Shown here: positions 37,367 through 48,584 of the stretch, in pieces
Layout of the letters: each line of letters opens with the position of its first letter
How positions within the stretch are numbered: the first letter of the stretch is position 1
NCBI GenBank assembly: GCA_963770895.1
Contig: CAVYRF010000002.1
Location: 640,001-704,000 of the forward strand
Source: an uncultured Acidobacteriota bacterium
Lineage (GTDB): Bacteria; Acidobacteriota; Thermoanaerobaculia; Multivoradales; UBA5704
Reading direction: 5' to 3'
Length of the DNA: 64,000 nucleotides
Notes under the pieces: model-generated
Database searches by the model: none
What the model was told of the DNA's origin: nothing
What the model saw: only the letters and a program-made list of their open reading frames with translations
Position numbers and translations under genes: made by a program

Positions 37367-40270
37367 TTGAACGAGCTTGGGCGCAGGATTATCCGACATG
37401 CTGCAACGATCCTCCTGCTGCTGGCGTGCGCTGCCATGCCGGCGGTCGGCCAGCTGCAGACGGGCGACATCTACGTCACCGTCCAGGACGAAAAGGGGCA
37501 GGCGCTGCCTGGAGTGACCGTCACGGTGACGGGAATCGGCGCGCCGCGGGTTGAGACCAGCAACCAGGAGGGCCTGGTGCGGTTCCTCAGCCTGTACCCC
37601 GGCAAGTATGGCGTCAATGGCGAGCTGGAGGGGTTTTCGACGGTCGAATACCCGGACATCACGGTCACCGTCGCCGGCAAGTCGAAGGTGGTGCTGACGC
37701 TGTCCTCGTCGATCAAGGAGACGATCACCGTCACCGCCGACGCGCCGCTGCTGGACGAGCGCAAGTTGAACCGCGGCACGGTGCTCAACACCAAGGAGCT
37801 GGCCAACGTGCCGACCGCGCGCGATCCCTGGTCGCTGCTGCAGCAGGTGCCCGGCGTGCAGCAGGACCGCATCAACGTCGGCGGCAACGAAAGCGGCCAG
37901 CAATCCGACTTCCTGGGCGTCGGCGCCACCGGCCGCGACAACACGTTCGCGGTCGACGGGGTGATCGTCAGCGACATGAACGCGGTCGGCGGGTCGGCCA
38001 TCTATTTCGACTTTGGCGCCTACGAAGAGGTGCAGTTCACGGTGTCGAGCGCCGACGTCACGGTCGCCACGTCGGGCGTCACCGTCAACCAGGTCACCAA
38101 GCGCGGCACCAACGAGGTCAAGGGCAGCATCCGCTACCTGAACACCTCGGGGTCGCTGCAGGCCGCTCCCGGCATCGCCGACGGCAACCGCATCAAGGGG
38201 GTCGAGGAGTATGGCGCCGACATCGGCGGGCCGCTGTGGCGCGACCACCTGTGGGGTTGGACCGCCTTCGGTCGCAACGACATCGCCAACATCGTCGAAG
38301 GCGGCCAGGTCGATTCGACGATCATCAAGGACATCAACGCCAAGCTCAACTATCAGATCGGGCCGTCGGATTCGGGCGTCGCCCACTGGTGGACGGACAA
38401 CAAGATCAAGGACGGCCGCGACGCCGGCCCCGGCTTCGCGCCGGCGGCGACCTTCAATCAGACCACGCCGTCGTACATCTGGAAGTTCGAGAACACCTAC
38501 CTGGTCAATCAAAACCTCTACCTGACCGGGTTGTGGTCGAACAACGACGGGCGCTTCACGCTGGCGCCGCAGGGCGGCCCGAACCCCTACATCTACATCG
38601 ACGACAACGGCACCATCAACGGCACCAACCTGGATTTCCAGCAGCACGCGATCATCCAGCAGGAGCGCCTGGACGGGAACTACTTCTTCTACACCGGCAG
38701 CGCCAGCAACGAGCTGAAGTTCGGCGGCGGCTACCGGCACCAGGACAACGTGTCGAGCACCGTCTGGCCGCACGGCTACCAGGTCCTGAGCTGCGTCTAC
38801 GAAGGCTGCGCCAGCTCGGACCCCAACCTGGCAGTGATCGAATTCTTCCGCAACCGCCTGGACAGCATCCGCGGCGAGTATGCCTCAGGCTGGCTGCAGG
38901 ACACCTGGAGCAAGGGCAACTGGACGGTCAACGTCGGTGCGCGCTTTGACGACCAGGAGCTCAAGAACCGCGCCGCCTTCGAGCCCGGCGACCCGCTGGC
39001 CCAGGGCCTGCTGCCGCCGCTCAACTTCACCGGCAACGACGCCGGCGGCTTTGCCTGGCGCTCGATCGTGCCGCGCATGGGCGTCACCTACGCCATCGGC
39101 CCGGAGCGCAAGACGCTGCTGCGCGGCACCTTCTCGCAGTACGCCGAACAGCTGGGGGAGATCCCGCTGGCGACGCGCGTCAACCCCATCGGCTACAGCT
39201 ACGCGTATTACTACTTTGACGACACCAACCACAACCACCGTCTCGACCCCAACGAGATCCCCAGCCTCAACCTGCTGAGCACGGTGAACATCAATCCCAA
39301 CAGTCCGGGGTCGCTGACGACGCCCAACGTCAACAATCCCAACCTGCGGCCGGCGATGACCGACGAGCTGACCTTTGCCATCGATCAGGGGCTGACCCGC
39401 GACATGCTGGTGACGTTCACCTTGACGTATCGCCACATTTACGACATCCCCGAGGACCGCTCGCTGATCACCGATCAGAACGGCGTGACCCGCGTGGCAA
39501 CGATCAACGACTACCAGTTGAGCCCGACGACACCGTACGTGCAGGGGGTGTTGCCCAACGGCCAGATGTCGGCGATGGTGCCGGTCTACGACCTGAAACC
39601 GGGCCTGACGTACACCGGCGGCTCGTACTACACCAACGGCGATCGCACGCAGCGCTATATCGGCGGCACGCTGACGTTCACCAAACGGTTGTCGCACGAT
39701 TGGGAGGCGAACGCCCATTTCACCCTGGACGACTGGACGTGGCACATCGGCCCGCAGTTCACGTATTACCACGACCCCACCAACCTGACGTCGGACGACC
39801 TTGGCTTTGCGATTCGCGACGGCGATTACTTCGAGCAGTCGACGGGGAGCGGCAACAAGGGCGACGTGATCATCGGCAGCCGCTGGTCGTACGATGCCAA
39901 CGTGATGTACGAGGTGGCGAAGAGCCGTTCGTGGGGGTTCGACGTGACGGGGAGCGTGGACGGCCGGCAGGGGTATCCGACGCCTCCTTACGTGGACGTG
40001 ACCAACGATTTCGGGGTGCAGCACGTGCTGATCGCGAACAGCACTACGGAGTTTCGCAACCCGAATATCTTCTTGCTGAACGGACGGATCAGCAAGGATT
40101 TCACGTTCCATGACTTTGGGCTGACGTTGGGGGTCGACGGGTTCAACTTGCTCAATTCGAATCCGATCTTGCAGCGGCAGCGGGATGCTTCCGCCTTGAA
40201 CGTGGGGATGATCGAGGAGGAGTTGTCGCCTCGGGTGTTCAGGATTGGGGCTACGCTGCATTTCCGTTGA
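37367..40270 (+). CDS. TonB-dependent receptor with carboxypeptidase-regulatory-like N-terminal domain (Oar-like)
   Basis: GGAGG RBS plus TTG; signal peptide; ALPGVTVT, ARDPWSLL..VPGV, N.VTKRGTN; C-terminal PRVFRIGATLHFR beta-signal. Confidence 0.88.
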   Translation: MNELGRRIIRHAATILLLLACAAMPAVGQLQTGDIYVTVQDEKGQALPGVTVTVTGIGAPRVETSNQEGLVRFLSLYPGKYGVNGELEGFSTVEYPDITVTVAGKSKVVLTLSSSIKETITVTADAPLLDERKLNRGTVLNTKELANVPTARDPWSLLQQVPGVQQDRINVGGNESGQQSDFLGVGATGRDNTFAVDGVIVSDMNAVGGSAIYFDFGAYEEVQFTVSSADVTVATSGVTVNQVTKRGTNEVKGSIRYLNTSGSLQAAPGIADGNRIKGVEEYGADIGGPLWRDHLWGWTAFGRNDIANIVEGGQVDSTIIKDINAKLNYQIGPSDSGVAHWWTDNKIKDGRDAGPGFAPAATFNQTTPSYIWKFENTYLVNQNLYLTGLWSNNDGRFTLAPQGGPNPYIYIDDNGTINGTNLDFQQHAIIQQERLDGNYFFYTGSASNELKFGGGYRHQDNVSSTVWPHGYQVLSCVYEGCASSDPNLAVIEFFRNRLDSIRGEYASGWLQDTWSKGNWTVNVGARFDDQELKNRAAFEPGDPLAQGLLPPLNFTGNDAGGFAWRSIVPRMGVTYAIGPERKTLLRGTFSQYAEQLGEIPLATRVNPIGYSYAYYYFDDTNHNHRLDPNEIPSLNLLSTVNINPNSPGSLTTPNVNNPNLRPAMTDELTFAIDQGLTRDMLVTFTLTYRHIYDIPEDRSLITDQNGVTRVATINDYQLSPTTPYVQGVLPNGQMSAMVPVYDLKPGLTYTGGSYYTNGDRTQRYIGGTLTFTKRLSHDWEANAHFTLDDWTWHIGPQFTYYHDPTNLTSDDLGFAIRDGDYFEQSTGSGNKGDVIIGSRWSYDANVMYEVAKSRSWGFDVTGSVDGRQGYPTPPYVDVTNDFGVQHVLIANSTTEFRNPNIFLLNGRISKDFTFHDFGLTLGVDGFNLLNSNPILQRQRDASALNVGMIEEELSPRVFRIGATLHFR

Positions 40271-40340
40271 GGTCGTTGCGCCGGGGGGCGGCGGCGAGGG
40301 CGCGGGCGCGGGCGGAGACGGGGGCGCGGGCTAAGGCGAA

Positions 40341-40489
40341 GGGGGTTGCCTGGGGAGGAGACGGGAGGGCACCCCTCGGCGTCGCGCTGCGGGCTCGCGG
40401 AGCGATGAGGGCTGGCGGGTAGGGGGTTGCCTCGCCCCAGAGCGCCGCCGAGGGGTCCCTCCCGCCTCCTCAGGGGACCCTCCTCTTTT
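40341..40489. repeat. Long imperfect inverted repeat (~50-bp arms); REP/MITE-like element or terminator
   Basis: 40341-40393 pairs with 40436-40483 (ggag.cgggaggg.acccctcggcg / cgccgaggggtccctcccgcctcc), followed by tcttttg. Confidence 0.7.
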
Positions 40490-40509
40490 GCGGGCGGAGC
40501 CGTTGGGGC

Positions 40510-42810
40510 TTGGGTGGCTTAGACTGCTGGGCTGTGGCCTGCCGGGGTTTCGAGAGAACTTTGCTGAGAGGTATTGCCCACGCCTGGGCTCGTGGGGGGC
40601 TACGGCTTTGGGTGGTGGCGTTGGGGGGAGGGTTGGCGGCGTTGGTGGGGGGGTGGGTGTGCTTGGGGGGGGCGGCTTGGGCTGCGATGGGGGGGCGTGG
40701 GGCGTTGCTTGGGGGGGCGGGGTCGGCTGCGGTGGGGGGTGGGGTGGATGTGGTTCTGATTACGATTGATACCTGGCGGGCGGATGCGGCGGGGTTTGGG
40801 GGGCGGCGGCCTTCTCCTACTCCTTTGTTGGATCGGGTGGCGGCGGGGGGGCGGGTGTTTACGAATGCGCATGCTCACAACGTGGTGACGTTGCCTTCGC
40901 ATACCAATATCTTGACGGGGCTGTATCCCTTCCAGCATGGGGTGCGGGACAACGAGGGGTTTCGGTTGGGGGGTGGGGTGCCGACGTTGGCGACGGTGTT
41001 GCGGGGGACGGGGTATGCGACGGGGGCGTTTGTGGGGGCGTATCCGCTGGATTCGCAGTTTGGTTTGGGCCGTGGGTTTGACGTGTATGACGACCACTAT
41101 CCCAAGGGGGGGCGGGCGGACCAGTTTGTGTTCGCGGAGCGGACGGGGGACAGGGTGGTGGCTCCGGCGCTGGCGTGGTGGCGGCAGCAGCGGGGGCGGC
41201 GGCGGTTTCTGTGGGTGCACCTGTTCGATCCTCATGCTCCGTATGAGCCGGCGCCGGAGTATGCGGCGCGGTTTCCGGAGAGCCCTTATTTGGGGGAGGT
41301 GGCGGCGGCGGATGGGTATTTGCGGCCGCTTTTGGAGCCGTTTCTGGCGGGTGCGGAGCCGCCGGCCTTGATCTTGATCACCGGCGACCATGGCGAGTCG
41401 CTGGGGGAGCATGGCGAGGAGACGCACGGGCTGTTTGCGTACGAATCGACGCTGCATATCCCGCTGGTGATCTGGGGGCGGGGGGTGGTGCCGGGGCGGG
41501 ATGGGCGGGCGGCGCGGCATGTGGATATCTTCCCCACGGTGCTGGCGGCGGCCGGCCTGGTGGGCGCGCGGGCGCCGGCGGGGATGGCGCGGCCGGGGCG
41601 GTCGCTGCTGGCGCCGGCGGCTGTCGACGGCCCGCAGGGGGTGGGCGCCGCGGGGGACTCGTACTTCGAGGCTCTGTCGGCAACGTACAACCGCGGCTGG
41701 GCGCCGCTGCGCGGGATCCTGCGGGCGGGGCGCAAGCTGATCGCGCTGCCCCTGCCGGAGCTGTACGACCTGCCGCACGATCCTGGGGAAATGGACAACC
41801 TGGAGGGGCGCGAGCGGCCGCTGGCGCGGTCGCTGGCGGCGCGGCTGCCGCGCGAGTCGGCCTGGCCGCCCGAGCGGCCGCGGCCGACGGCTGCCGAAGA
41901 CAAGAACCTGCGCAGCCTGGGCTATGCCGGCGGCTCGGCGCCGGTGCGGCAGAGCTACGGGCCGGACGACGACCCCAAGCGGCTGATCGGCCTCGATCGC
42001 GAGATCCATGCGGTGATCGACCTCTATCAGCGCGGCAAACCGGGCGAAGCGGCGACGCTGGCGGCCAAGCTGGTGGCGGCGCGGCCGGGCATGCCCCTGG
42101 GCCACTCCCTGCTGGCGGAGGCGCTGCTGCAGAGCGGCCACAAGCGGGAGGCGCTGGCGGCGATGGTGGACGCACGCCAGCATGGGGTGGCGTCGGACGA
42201 CCTGCTCTGCCAGCTGGGACTGACGCTGGCTGAGCTGGGGCGGCCGGAAGAGGGCGTGGCGGTGCTGCAGCCGCTGGCCCAGCGCGGCGTGCCGCAGGCG
42301 CTGGTCGGGCTGGCGCAGGCGCTGTCGGACGCCGGCCGGCAGGATGACGCCGCGGCGGCCCTGGCGCGCGACCTGGCCGCCGAGCCCGACGATGCCGCCG
42401 CCTATGAAGAGATGGCGATGGTCGAGCTGCGCCGCGGCCGGTGGACGGCGGCGCGCGACAGCTGCGACCGCGCGCTCAAGCTCAACGACCGCCTGCCGCG
42501 CGCCTGGAACGATCTGGGCGTCGCGCGCTTCCAGCTGGGAGACGCCGGCGGCGCGGTGGACGCCTGGCGGCGCGCCGTCGACCTGGACGACACGCTGCTC
42601 GACGCGCTGTGGAACCTGGGCCTGCACGCCGCCGCCGTGGGCCGCCCCGCCGACAGCCGCCGCGCCCTGGCCCGCTTCCTCGACCTGGCCCCCGACGCCG
42701 GCTACCGCGACGACCGCGAAAAAGCCCGCCACCTGCTGCGCGCGCTGGACCAAGCCGCCCCCGACGCGCCCGCCCACCCCCCCGGCCCCGGCGGCGGGCG
42801 CCACCGATGA
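40510..42810 (+). CDS. Sulfatase-like hydrolase/transferase (alkaline phosphatase superfamily) with C-terminal TPRs
   Basis: LITIDTWRAD, TLPSHTNILTG, WVHLFDPHAPY, GDHGESLGEHGE.THG, ELYDL..DPGE and LRSLGY; TPRs. Start uncertain. Confidence 0.85.
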   Translation: MGGLDCWAVACRGFERTLLRGIAHAWARGGLRLWVVALGGGLAALVGGWVCLGGAAWAAMGGRGALLGGAGSAAVGGGVDVVLITIDTWRADAAGFGGRRPSPTPLLDRVAAGGRVFTNAHAHNVVTLPSHTNILTGLYPFQHGVRDNEGFRLGGGVPTLATVLRGTGYATGAFVGAYPLDSQFGLGRGFDVYDDHYPKGGRADQFVFAERTGDRVVAPALAWWRQQRGRRRFLWVHLFDPHAPYEPAPEYAARFPESPYLGEVAAADGYLRPLLEPFLAGAEPPALILITGDHGESLGEHGEETHGLFAYESTLHIPLVIWGRGVVPGRDGRAARHVDIFPTVLAAAGLVGARAPAGMARPGRSLLAPAAVDGPQGVGAAGDSYFEALSATYNRGWAPLRGILRAGRKLIALPLPELYDLPHDPGEMDNLEGRERPLARSLAARLPRESAWPPERPRPTAAEDKNLRSLGYAGGSAPVRQSYGPDDDPKRLIGLDREIHAVIDLYQRGKPGEAATLAAKLVAARPGMPLGHSLLAEALLQSGHKREALAAMVDARQHGVASDDLLCQLGLTLAELGRPEEGVAVLQPLAQRGVPQALVGLAQALSDAGRQDDAAAALARDLAAEPDDAAAYEEMAMVELRRGRWTAARDSCDRALKLNDRLPRAWNDLGVARFQLGDAGGAVDAWRRAVDLDDTLLDALWNLGLHAAAVGRPADSRRALARFLDLAPDAGYRDDREKARHLLRALDQAAPDAPAHPPGPGGGRHR

Positions 42811-45200
42811 CCTTCCGGCGGCGCCCTGCCAGCGGCACGACCGCAGCTGCGGCCTCCGCCGGCATGACCGCGCCATGCACCGCCCGGCCTGGCGGCGGGC
42901 GCGGCGGCGCCGGCACGCGGCGCCGGCACGCGGCCTGGACGAAGGCCAAAACCGGCGTGGCGGCCGTCACTGCCCCGGCCGCGGCAATCGCCATTCTCGT
43001 GGTCATCGCCGCGATCGGCGCCACCGGCTGCCGCCGCGGCAGCGCGCCGGCCCCGGGCGCGGCCGGCGCCGGCGCGACGCTCCGCGTGCCGGCGGCGACG
43101 CCCATCGTGCTGATCTCGATCGATACGCTGCGCGCCGACCACCTGCCGGCTTACGGCTACCGCGGGGTCGAGACGCCGGCGATCGACCGGCTGCGGCGCG
43201 ATGCGATCCTGTTTACCCGCGCGTACAGCCATACGCCGCTGACCCTGCCGTCGCACACCACGCTGCTGACCGGGCTGCTGCCGGCGGCGACCGGGGTGCG
43301 CGACAACGTCGGGTACACGCTGGACGCGGCGCGCGTCGCGAGCGGCGAGCTGCCGTTCTTGCCGCAGACGCTCAAGCAGCACGGCTACGCCACCGGCGCC
43401 GCGGTGTCGGCGTACGTGCTGCACGCCAGGACGGGACTGGCCACCGGCTTCGACTTCTACGAGGATTCGATCGAGTTTCGCACCGGCACGGGCCTGGCCG
43501 GCCTGCAGCGGCCGGGCGACGAGACGCTGCGCCTGGCGCTGCCCTGGCTGCGCGGCGCGGCGGCGGCGCCGGCGCGGCCGTTTTTCTTCTTCTTTCACAT
43601 CTACGAGCCGCACGCCCCCTACGAGCCGCCCGAGCCCTACGCCTCGCGCTACCCGCTCAAGTACGACGGCGAGATCGCCACCGCCGACGCGATCGTCGGC
43701 AAGCTCCTGGCCGAGCTGAAAACGCTGGGCGCCTACGACCGCGCGGTGATCGTGCTGCTGTCGGATCACGGCGAGGGGCTGGGCGACCACGGCGAGGACG
43801 AGCACGGCGTGCTGCTGTACAACGAAGCGATCCACGTGCCGCTGCTGCTCAAGCTGCCGGGCGCCCAATTGGCCGGCCGCACCGCCGGCAGCCCCGCCGG
43901 CCTGATCGACGTGGCGCCCACCCTGCTGTCGCTGCTCGGCCTGCCGGTGCCGGCGGCGCTCCCCGGCGTGTCGCTGCTCAGCCTGCTGCCCGACCGCGGC
44001 GTCTATGGCGAGACGTTCTATCCCCGGCTGCACTTCGGCTGGAGCGACCTGGCCTCGCTGGTCGGGCCGCGCTATCACTACATCGACGGCCCGGACCCCG
44101 AGCTGTACGACCTGCAACAGGACCCGCGCGAGTCCCGCAACCTGCTGCTCGCCGAGCGCCGCGTCGCCGCCGGCATGCGCCGCGACCTGGCGACCTACGA
44201 CCGCCGGCTGGCGCCGCCGGCGGCGGTCGACCCGGCGACCCGCCAGGCGATGGCGGCGCTGGGCTACGTCGGGCGCACCGGCAGCGCCGACTCCGCCGGC
44301 GCCGGCGGACCGCTGCCCGATCCCAAGAGCCGCCTGCCCGCGTTGCGCCAGCTCAAGCAGGGCTTTGCCGCCACCGCGCGCCACGACGCCACCGGCGCCG
44401 CCGCCATCTTCACCCGCCTGGTCGCGGTCAACCCCCAGATGGCCGACGCCTGGGAGTTCCTGGGCCGCGCGCGCGAGCAGCTGGGCGACCCCCAAGGGGC
44501 GCTCGCGGCCTACGCCCGGGCGCTGCGCATCGACCCCGCCGCCGCGCCGGTGGCGCTGGCCGCCGCCGCGCTCTACCTCGATCTCGGCCAGCTCGACGAC
44601 GCCACGGTCCACGCCCGGATGGCGGCCGCCGGCGCCCCCACCTCCGCCCATGCCCTGCTCGCCCAGATCGCCATGCGGCGCGGCGACCTGGACGGCGCCG
44701 AGCGCGAGGCGCACGCGGCGCAGGACGACCAGGGGCGGCGGATCGCGCCGATGGTGATCCTGGCCGAGGTGCTGCACGCCCGCCACCGCTACGACGAGGC
44801 GCTGGCGGAGACCGGCCGTGCCGAGCGCGCCTACGCCGAGCGCGGCGCCAAGGACCCGCAGCTGATCCAGGGGCTGGCGCTGGTGCGCGGCAAGACGCTG
44901 GCCGACCTGGGCGACGCAGCGGGAGCCGAGGCCGCCTTCAAGCAGGAGATCGAACGCTTCCCCACCGACCTGCGGGCCTATCCCAACCTGGCGATCCTGT
45001 ACGCCCTGACCGGCCGCGCCGGCGCCGCGAGCGCCGTCCTGGAGCGCATGGTCGCCGCCCGCCCGTCCGGCGCCGCCTACGCCGAGGCGGTGCGCACCCT
45101 GCGCGTGCTGCGCGATCCCGCCGGCGCCGCGGCGGTGCTGCGCCTCGGCCTCGCCCGATACCCCAAGGACGAGCAGCTGCACGAGCTCGCCAAGCCCTGA
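42807..45200 (+). CDS. Second sulfatase-like hydrolase/transferase with TPRs (possible lipoprotein)
   Basis: ATG overlaps the upstream stop; ATGC lipobox-like; LISIDTLRAD, TLPSHTTLLTG, HIYEPHAPY and SDHGEGLGDHGE. Confidence 0.85.
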   Translation: MTFRRRPASGTTAAAASAGMTAPCTARPGGGRGGAGTRRRHAAWTKAKTGVAAVTAPAAAIAILVVIAAIGATGCRRGSAPAPGAAGAGATLRVPAATPIVLISIDTLRADHLPAYGYRGVETPAIDRLRRDAILFTRAYSHTPLTLPSHTTLLTGLLPAATGVRDNVGYTLDAARVASGELPFLPQTLKQHGYATGAAVSAYVLHARTGLATGFDFYEDSIEFRTGTGLAGLQRPGDETLRLALPWLRGAAAAPARPFFFFFHIYEPHAPYEPPEPYASRYPLKYDGEIATADAIVGKLLAELKTLGAYDRAVIVLLSDHGEGLGDHGEDEHGVLLYNEAIHVPLLLKLPGAQLAGRTAGSPAGLIDVAPTLLSLLGLPVPAALPGVSLLSLLPDRGVYGETFYPRLHFGWSDLASLVGPRYHYIDGPDPELYDLQQDPRESRNLLLAERRVAAGMRRDLATYDRRLAPPAAVDPATRQAMAALGYVGRTGSADSAGAGGPLPDPKSRLPALRQLKQGFAATARHDATGAAAIFTRLVAVNPQMADAWEFLGRAREQLGDPQGALAAYARALRIDPAAAPVALAAAALYLDLGQLDDATVHARMAAAGAPTSAHALLAQIAMRRGDLDGAEREAHAAQDDQGRRIAPMVILAEVLHARHRYDEALAETGRAERAYAERGAKDPQLIQGLALVRGKTLADLGDAAGAEAAFKQEIERFPTDLRAYPNLAILYALTGRAGAASAVLERMVAARPSGAAYAEAVRTLRVLRDPAGAAAVLRLGLARYPKDEQLHELAKP

Positions 45201-45302
45201 GGGAAACTTTCGCCGCCGCCGCGGGTTACGGTGCGTGGCGGGCGGCACCGCGCCGCGGGCGCCCCCGCCTTCGCCTGGTCCGCTGCTGCCGAGAGGGATG
45301 AG

Positions 45303-46637
45303 ATGTCCAAAATGGCCTGGTCGGTTGGGGCGGCGGTCGTCGCCGCCGGGATCGGCGGCGCGCTCTACCTGACGCGCACCAAACAGGAGGCGCCCAAGTA
45401 CCGCTCGACGCCGGTCGATCGCGGCACCGTCACCGCGACCGTGACGGCCACCGGCACGCTGTCGGCGGTGACCACGGTCGCCATCGGCAGCCAGGTGTCG
45501 GGCATCATCTCCAAGCTGTACGTGGACTTCAATTCCAAGGTGAAAAAGGGCCAGCTGCTGGCCGAGCTCGACCCGACGCCGTTCATCGAAGCCGAAAACC
45601 AGCAGAAGGCGAACGTCGAAAAGGCCAGGGCCGACCTGCGGTTGTCCGAGATCACCCTGGGGCGGCAGACGCACCTGCGGGACCTGCAGCTGATCGCCGC
45701 CTCCGACTACGACACCGCCGCCGGCGCGCGCGACGACGCGGTGGCCGCGCTCAAGCAGAACGAAGCGCTGCTGCAACAGGCGGAGACCAACCTCACGTAC
45801 ACCAAGATCACGGCGCCGATCGACGGCGTGGTGGTGGACCGCGAATACAACGTCGGCCAGACCGTGGCGGCCTCGTTCCAGGCGCCGCTCATCTTTTCGA
45901 TCGCCCAGGACCTGACCAAGATGCAGGTGCTGACCAATATCGACGAATCGGACGTCGGCGGCATCCAGGTCGGCCAGCCGGCGGAGTTCACCGTCGACGC
46001 CTACCCGGATCGCACCTTCCACGGCACCGTGGCGCAGATCCGCCTGTCGACGACGACGGTGCAGAACGTCGTCACCTATCCGGTGATGATCGACGTGCCG
46101 AACCAGGACAACAAGCTGCTGCCCGGCATGACGGCCAACGTCCTGGTGCCGGTCGCGGTGCGCAAGGACACCCTGCGCGTCCCCAACGCGGCGCTGCGCT
46201 TCAAGCCCGACCCCGCGGACGTGCTCTACCCGCCGGGAGAGCAGCCCTCCCCGGCCGCCGCGGCCGCCGGGGGTGCCAGTGGCGCCGGCGCGCCCAACGG
46301 CGGTGCCGGCCCGGCCGGCCGAGGATTCCCCGACGGCGGCTCGCCATCGACCGCGGCCGGCGGCCGCTCCGGCAGCGGCGCCGGCGGCGGCGCCGCCCAC
46401 AAGACCGCGGCCAGCGGCGACCACGACGTGGTGATCTACCTGTCGCCGCCCAACAGCCGCCAGCTGCGCCCGGTGCACGTCGTCGCCTCGATCACCGACG
46501 GCACCTTCACCGCCGTGCGCTCCGCCGACCCGAAAACGCCGACCCTCAACGCCGGCGACCCGGTGGTCATCGGCCTGCAGACGGCAAAGGCCGGCAACGC
46601 CGGCGGCGGCATGCGCGGCGGCCCCCCCAGGTTCTAG
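45303..46637 (+). CDS. MacA-like periplasmic adaptor subunit
   Basis: TATGTL, GSQVSG.I, VKKGQLLA, ITAPIDGVV, GQTVAASFQAP, FTVDAYPDR and LLPGMTA. Confidence 0.9.
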   Translation: MSKMAWSVGAAVVAAGIGGALYLTRTKQEAPKYRSTPVDRGTVTATVTATGTLSAVTTVAIGSQVSGIISKLYVDFNSKVKKGQLLAELDPTPFIEAENQQKANVEKARADLRLSEITLGRQTHLRDLQLIAASDYDTAAGARDDAVAALKQNEALLQQAETNLTYTKITAPIDGVVVDREYNVGQTVAASFQAPLIFSIAQDLTKMQVLTNIDESDVGGIQVGQPAEFTVDAYPDRTFHGTVAQIRLSTTTVQNVVTYPVMIDVPNQDNKLLPGMTANVLVPVAVRKDTLRVPNAALRFKPDPADVLYPPGEQPSPAAAAAGGASGAGAPNGGAGPAGRGFPDGGSPSTAAGGRSGSGAGGGAAHKTAASGDHDVVIYLSPPNSRQLRPVHVVASITDGTFTAVRSADPKTPTLNAGDPVVIGLQTAKAGNAGGGMRGGPPRF

Positions 46638-46641
46638 TCCA

Positions 46642-47363
<722 letters not shown>

Positions 47364-47367
<4 letters not shown>

Positions 47368-48584
47368 CCAAGTCCTCCAACATCCTCAAGGTGGCGGTGA
47401 CCGCCCTGGCCCGCAACAAGCTGCGCTCGCTGCTGACCACGCTCGGCATCATCATCGGCGTCGCCTGCGTGGTCGCCACCATCGGCATCGGCGACGGCGC
47501 CCGCATCCAGGCGGAAGACCAGCTGCGCTCGCTCGGCACCAACTTCCTGATGATCTTCCCCGGCTCGGTCACCTCGAGCGGCGCACGCGCCGGCTTTGGC
47601 GCCAGCTCCAAGCTGTCCTACGGCGACCTGGCGGCGATCCAGCGCGAAGTGCCGACCGTCAGCTACATCTCGGCCACCAACCGCACCACCCAGCAGGTGA
47701 TCTACGGCAATCAGAACTGGTCCACCTCGATCCAGGGGGCGGAGACCGACTGGCCGCTGATCCGCTCCTGGAACGTCGACCAGGGCCAGTTCTTCACCGA
47801 CCAGGACAACCGCGGCGCCAACAAGGTCTGCGTGCTCGGCAAGACCGTCGCCGACAACCTGTTCGGCAACCAGGACCCGGTGGGCAAGATCGTGCGCATC
47901 AAGAACCTGCCCTTTCGCGTCACCGGCGTGCTGGAGGCCAAGGGCGGCTCGACGATGGGACAGGACCAGGACGACACGGTGGTGGCGCCGTACGAAACGG
48001 TGCGCAAGAAGCTGCTCGGCACCACGTTCGTCGGCGGCATTCTTGCATCGGCGGTCAGCAACGACCTGGTGGAACGCGCCCAGCAGGACATCACCGCCCT
48101 GCTCCGCCAGCGCCACCGCATCGCCAGACCGAGCGACGACGACTTCATCGTCCGCACCCAGACCGAAATGCTGCAACAGGCCGAGGACCAGTCGCGCACC
48201 ATGAGCTACCTGCTGTGGTCGATCGCCGGCGTGTCGCTGCTGGTCGGCGGCATCGGCATCATGAACATCATGCTGGTGTCGGTGACCGAGCGGACGCGCG
48301 AGATCGGGGTGCGCATGGCGATCGGCGCCAAGGGCCGCGACATCCGCGCCCAATTCCTGGTCGAAGCGGTGGTGCTCGCCATCGCCGGCGGCACCCTGGG
48401 CATCGTGCTGGGCCTCGCCATCCAGAAGGGGGTCGCCCGCTTCGCCGGCTGGCCGGTCGCCATCCAGCCGCAGGCCATCGCCCTGGCGTTCGTCTTTTCG
48501 GCCCTGGTCGGCATCGCCTTCGGCTTCTACCCGGCGCTCAAGGCGTCGCGCCTCGACCCCATCGAAGCGCTGCGCTACGAATGA
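47364..48584 (+). CDS. MacB-like ABC transporter permease
   Basis: NKLRSLLTTLGIIIG, VGGIGIMNIMLVSVTERTREIG.R.AIGA and YPA.KASRLDPIEALRYE. Confidence 0.93.
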
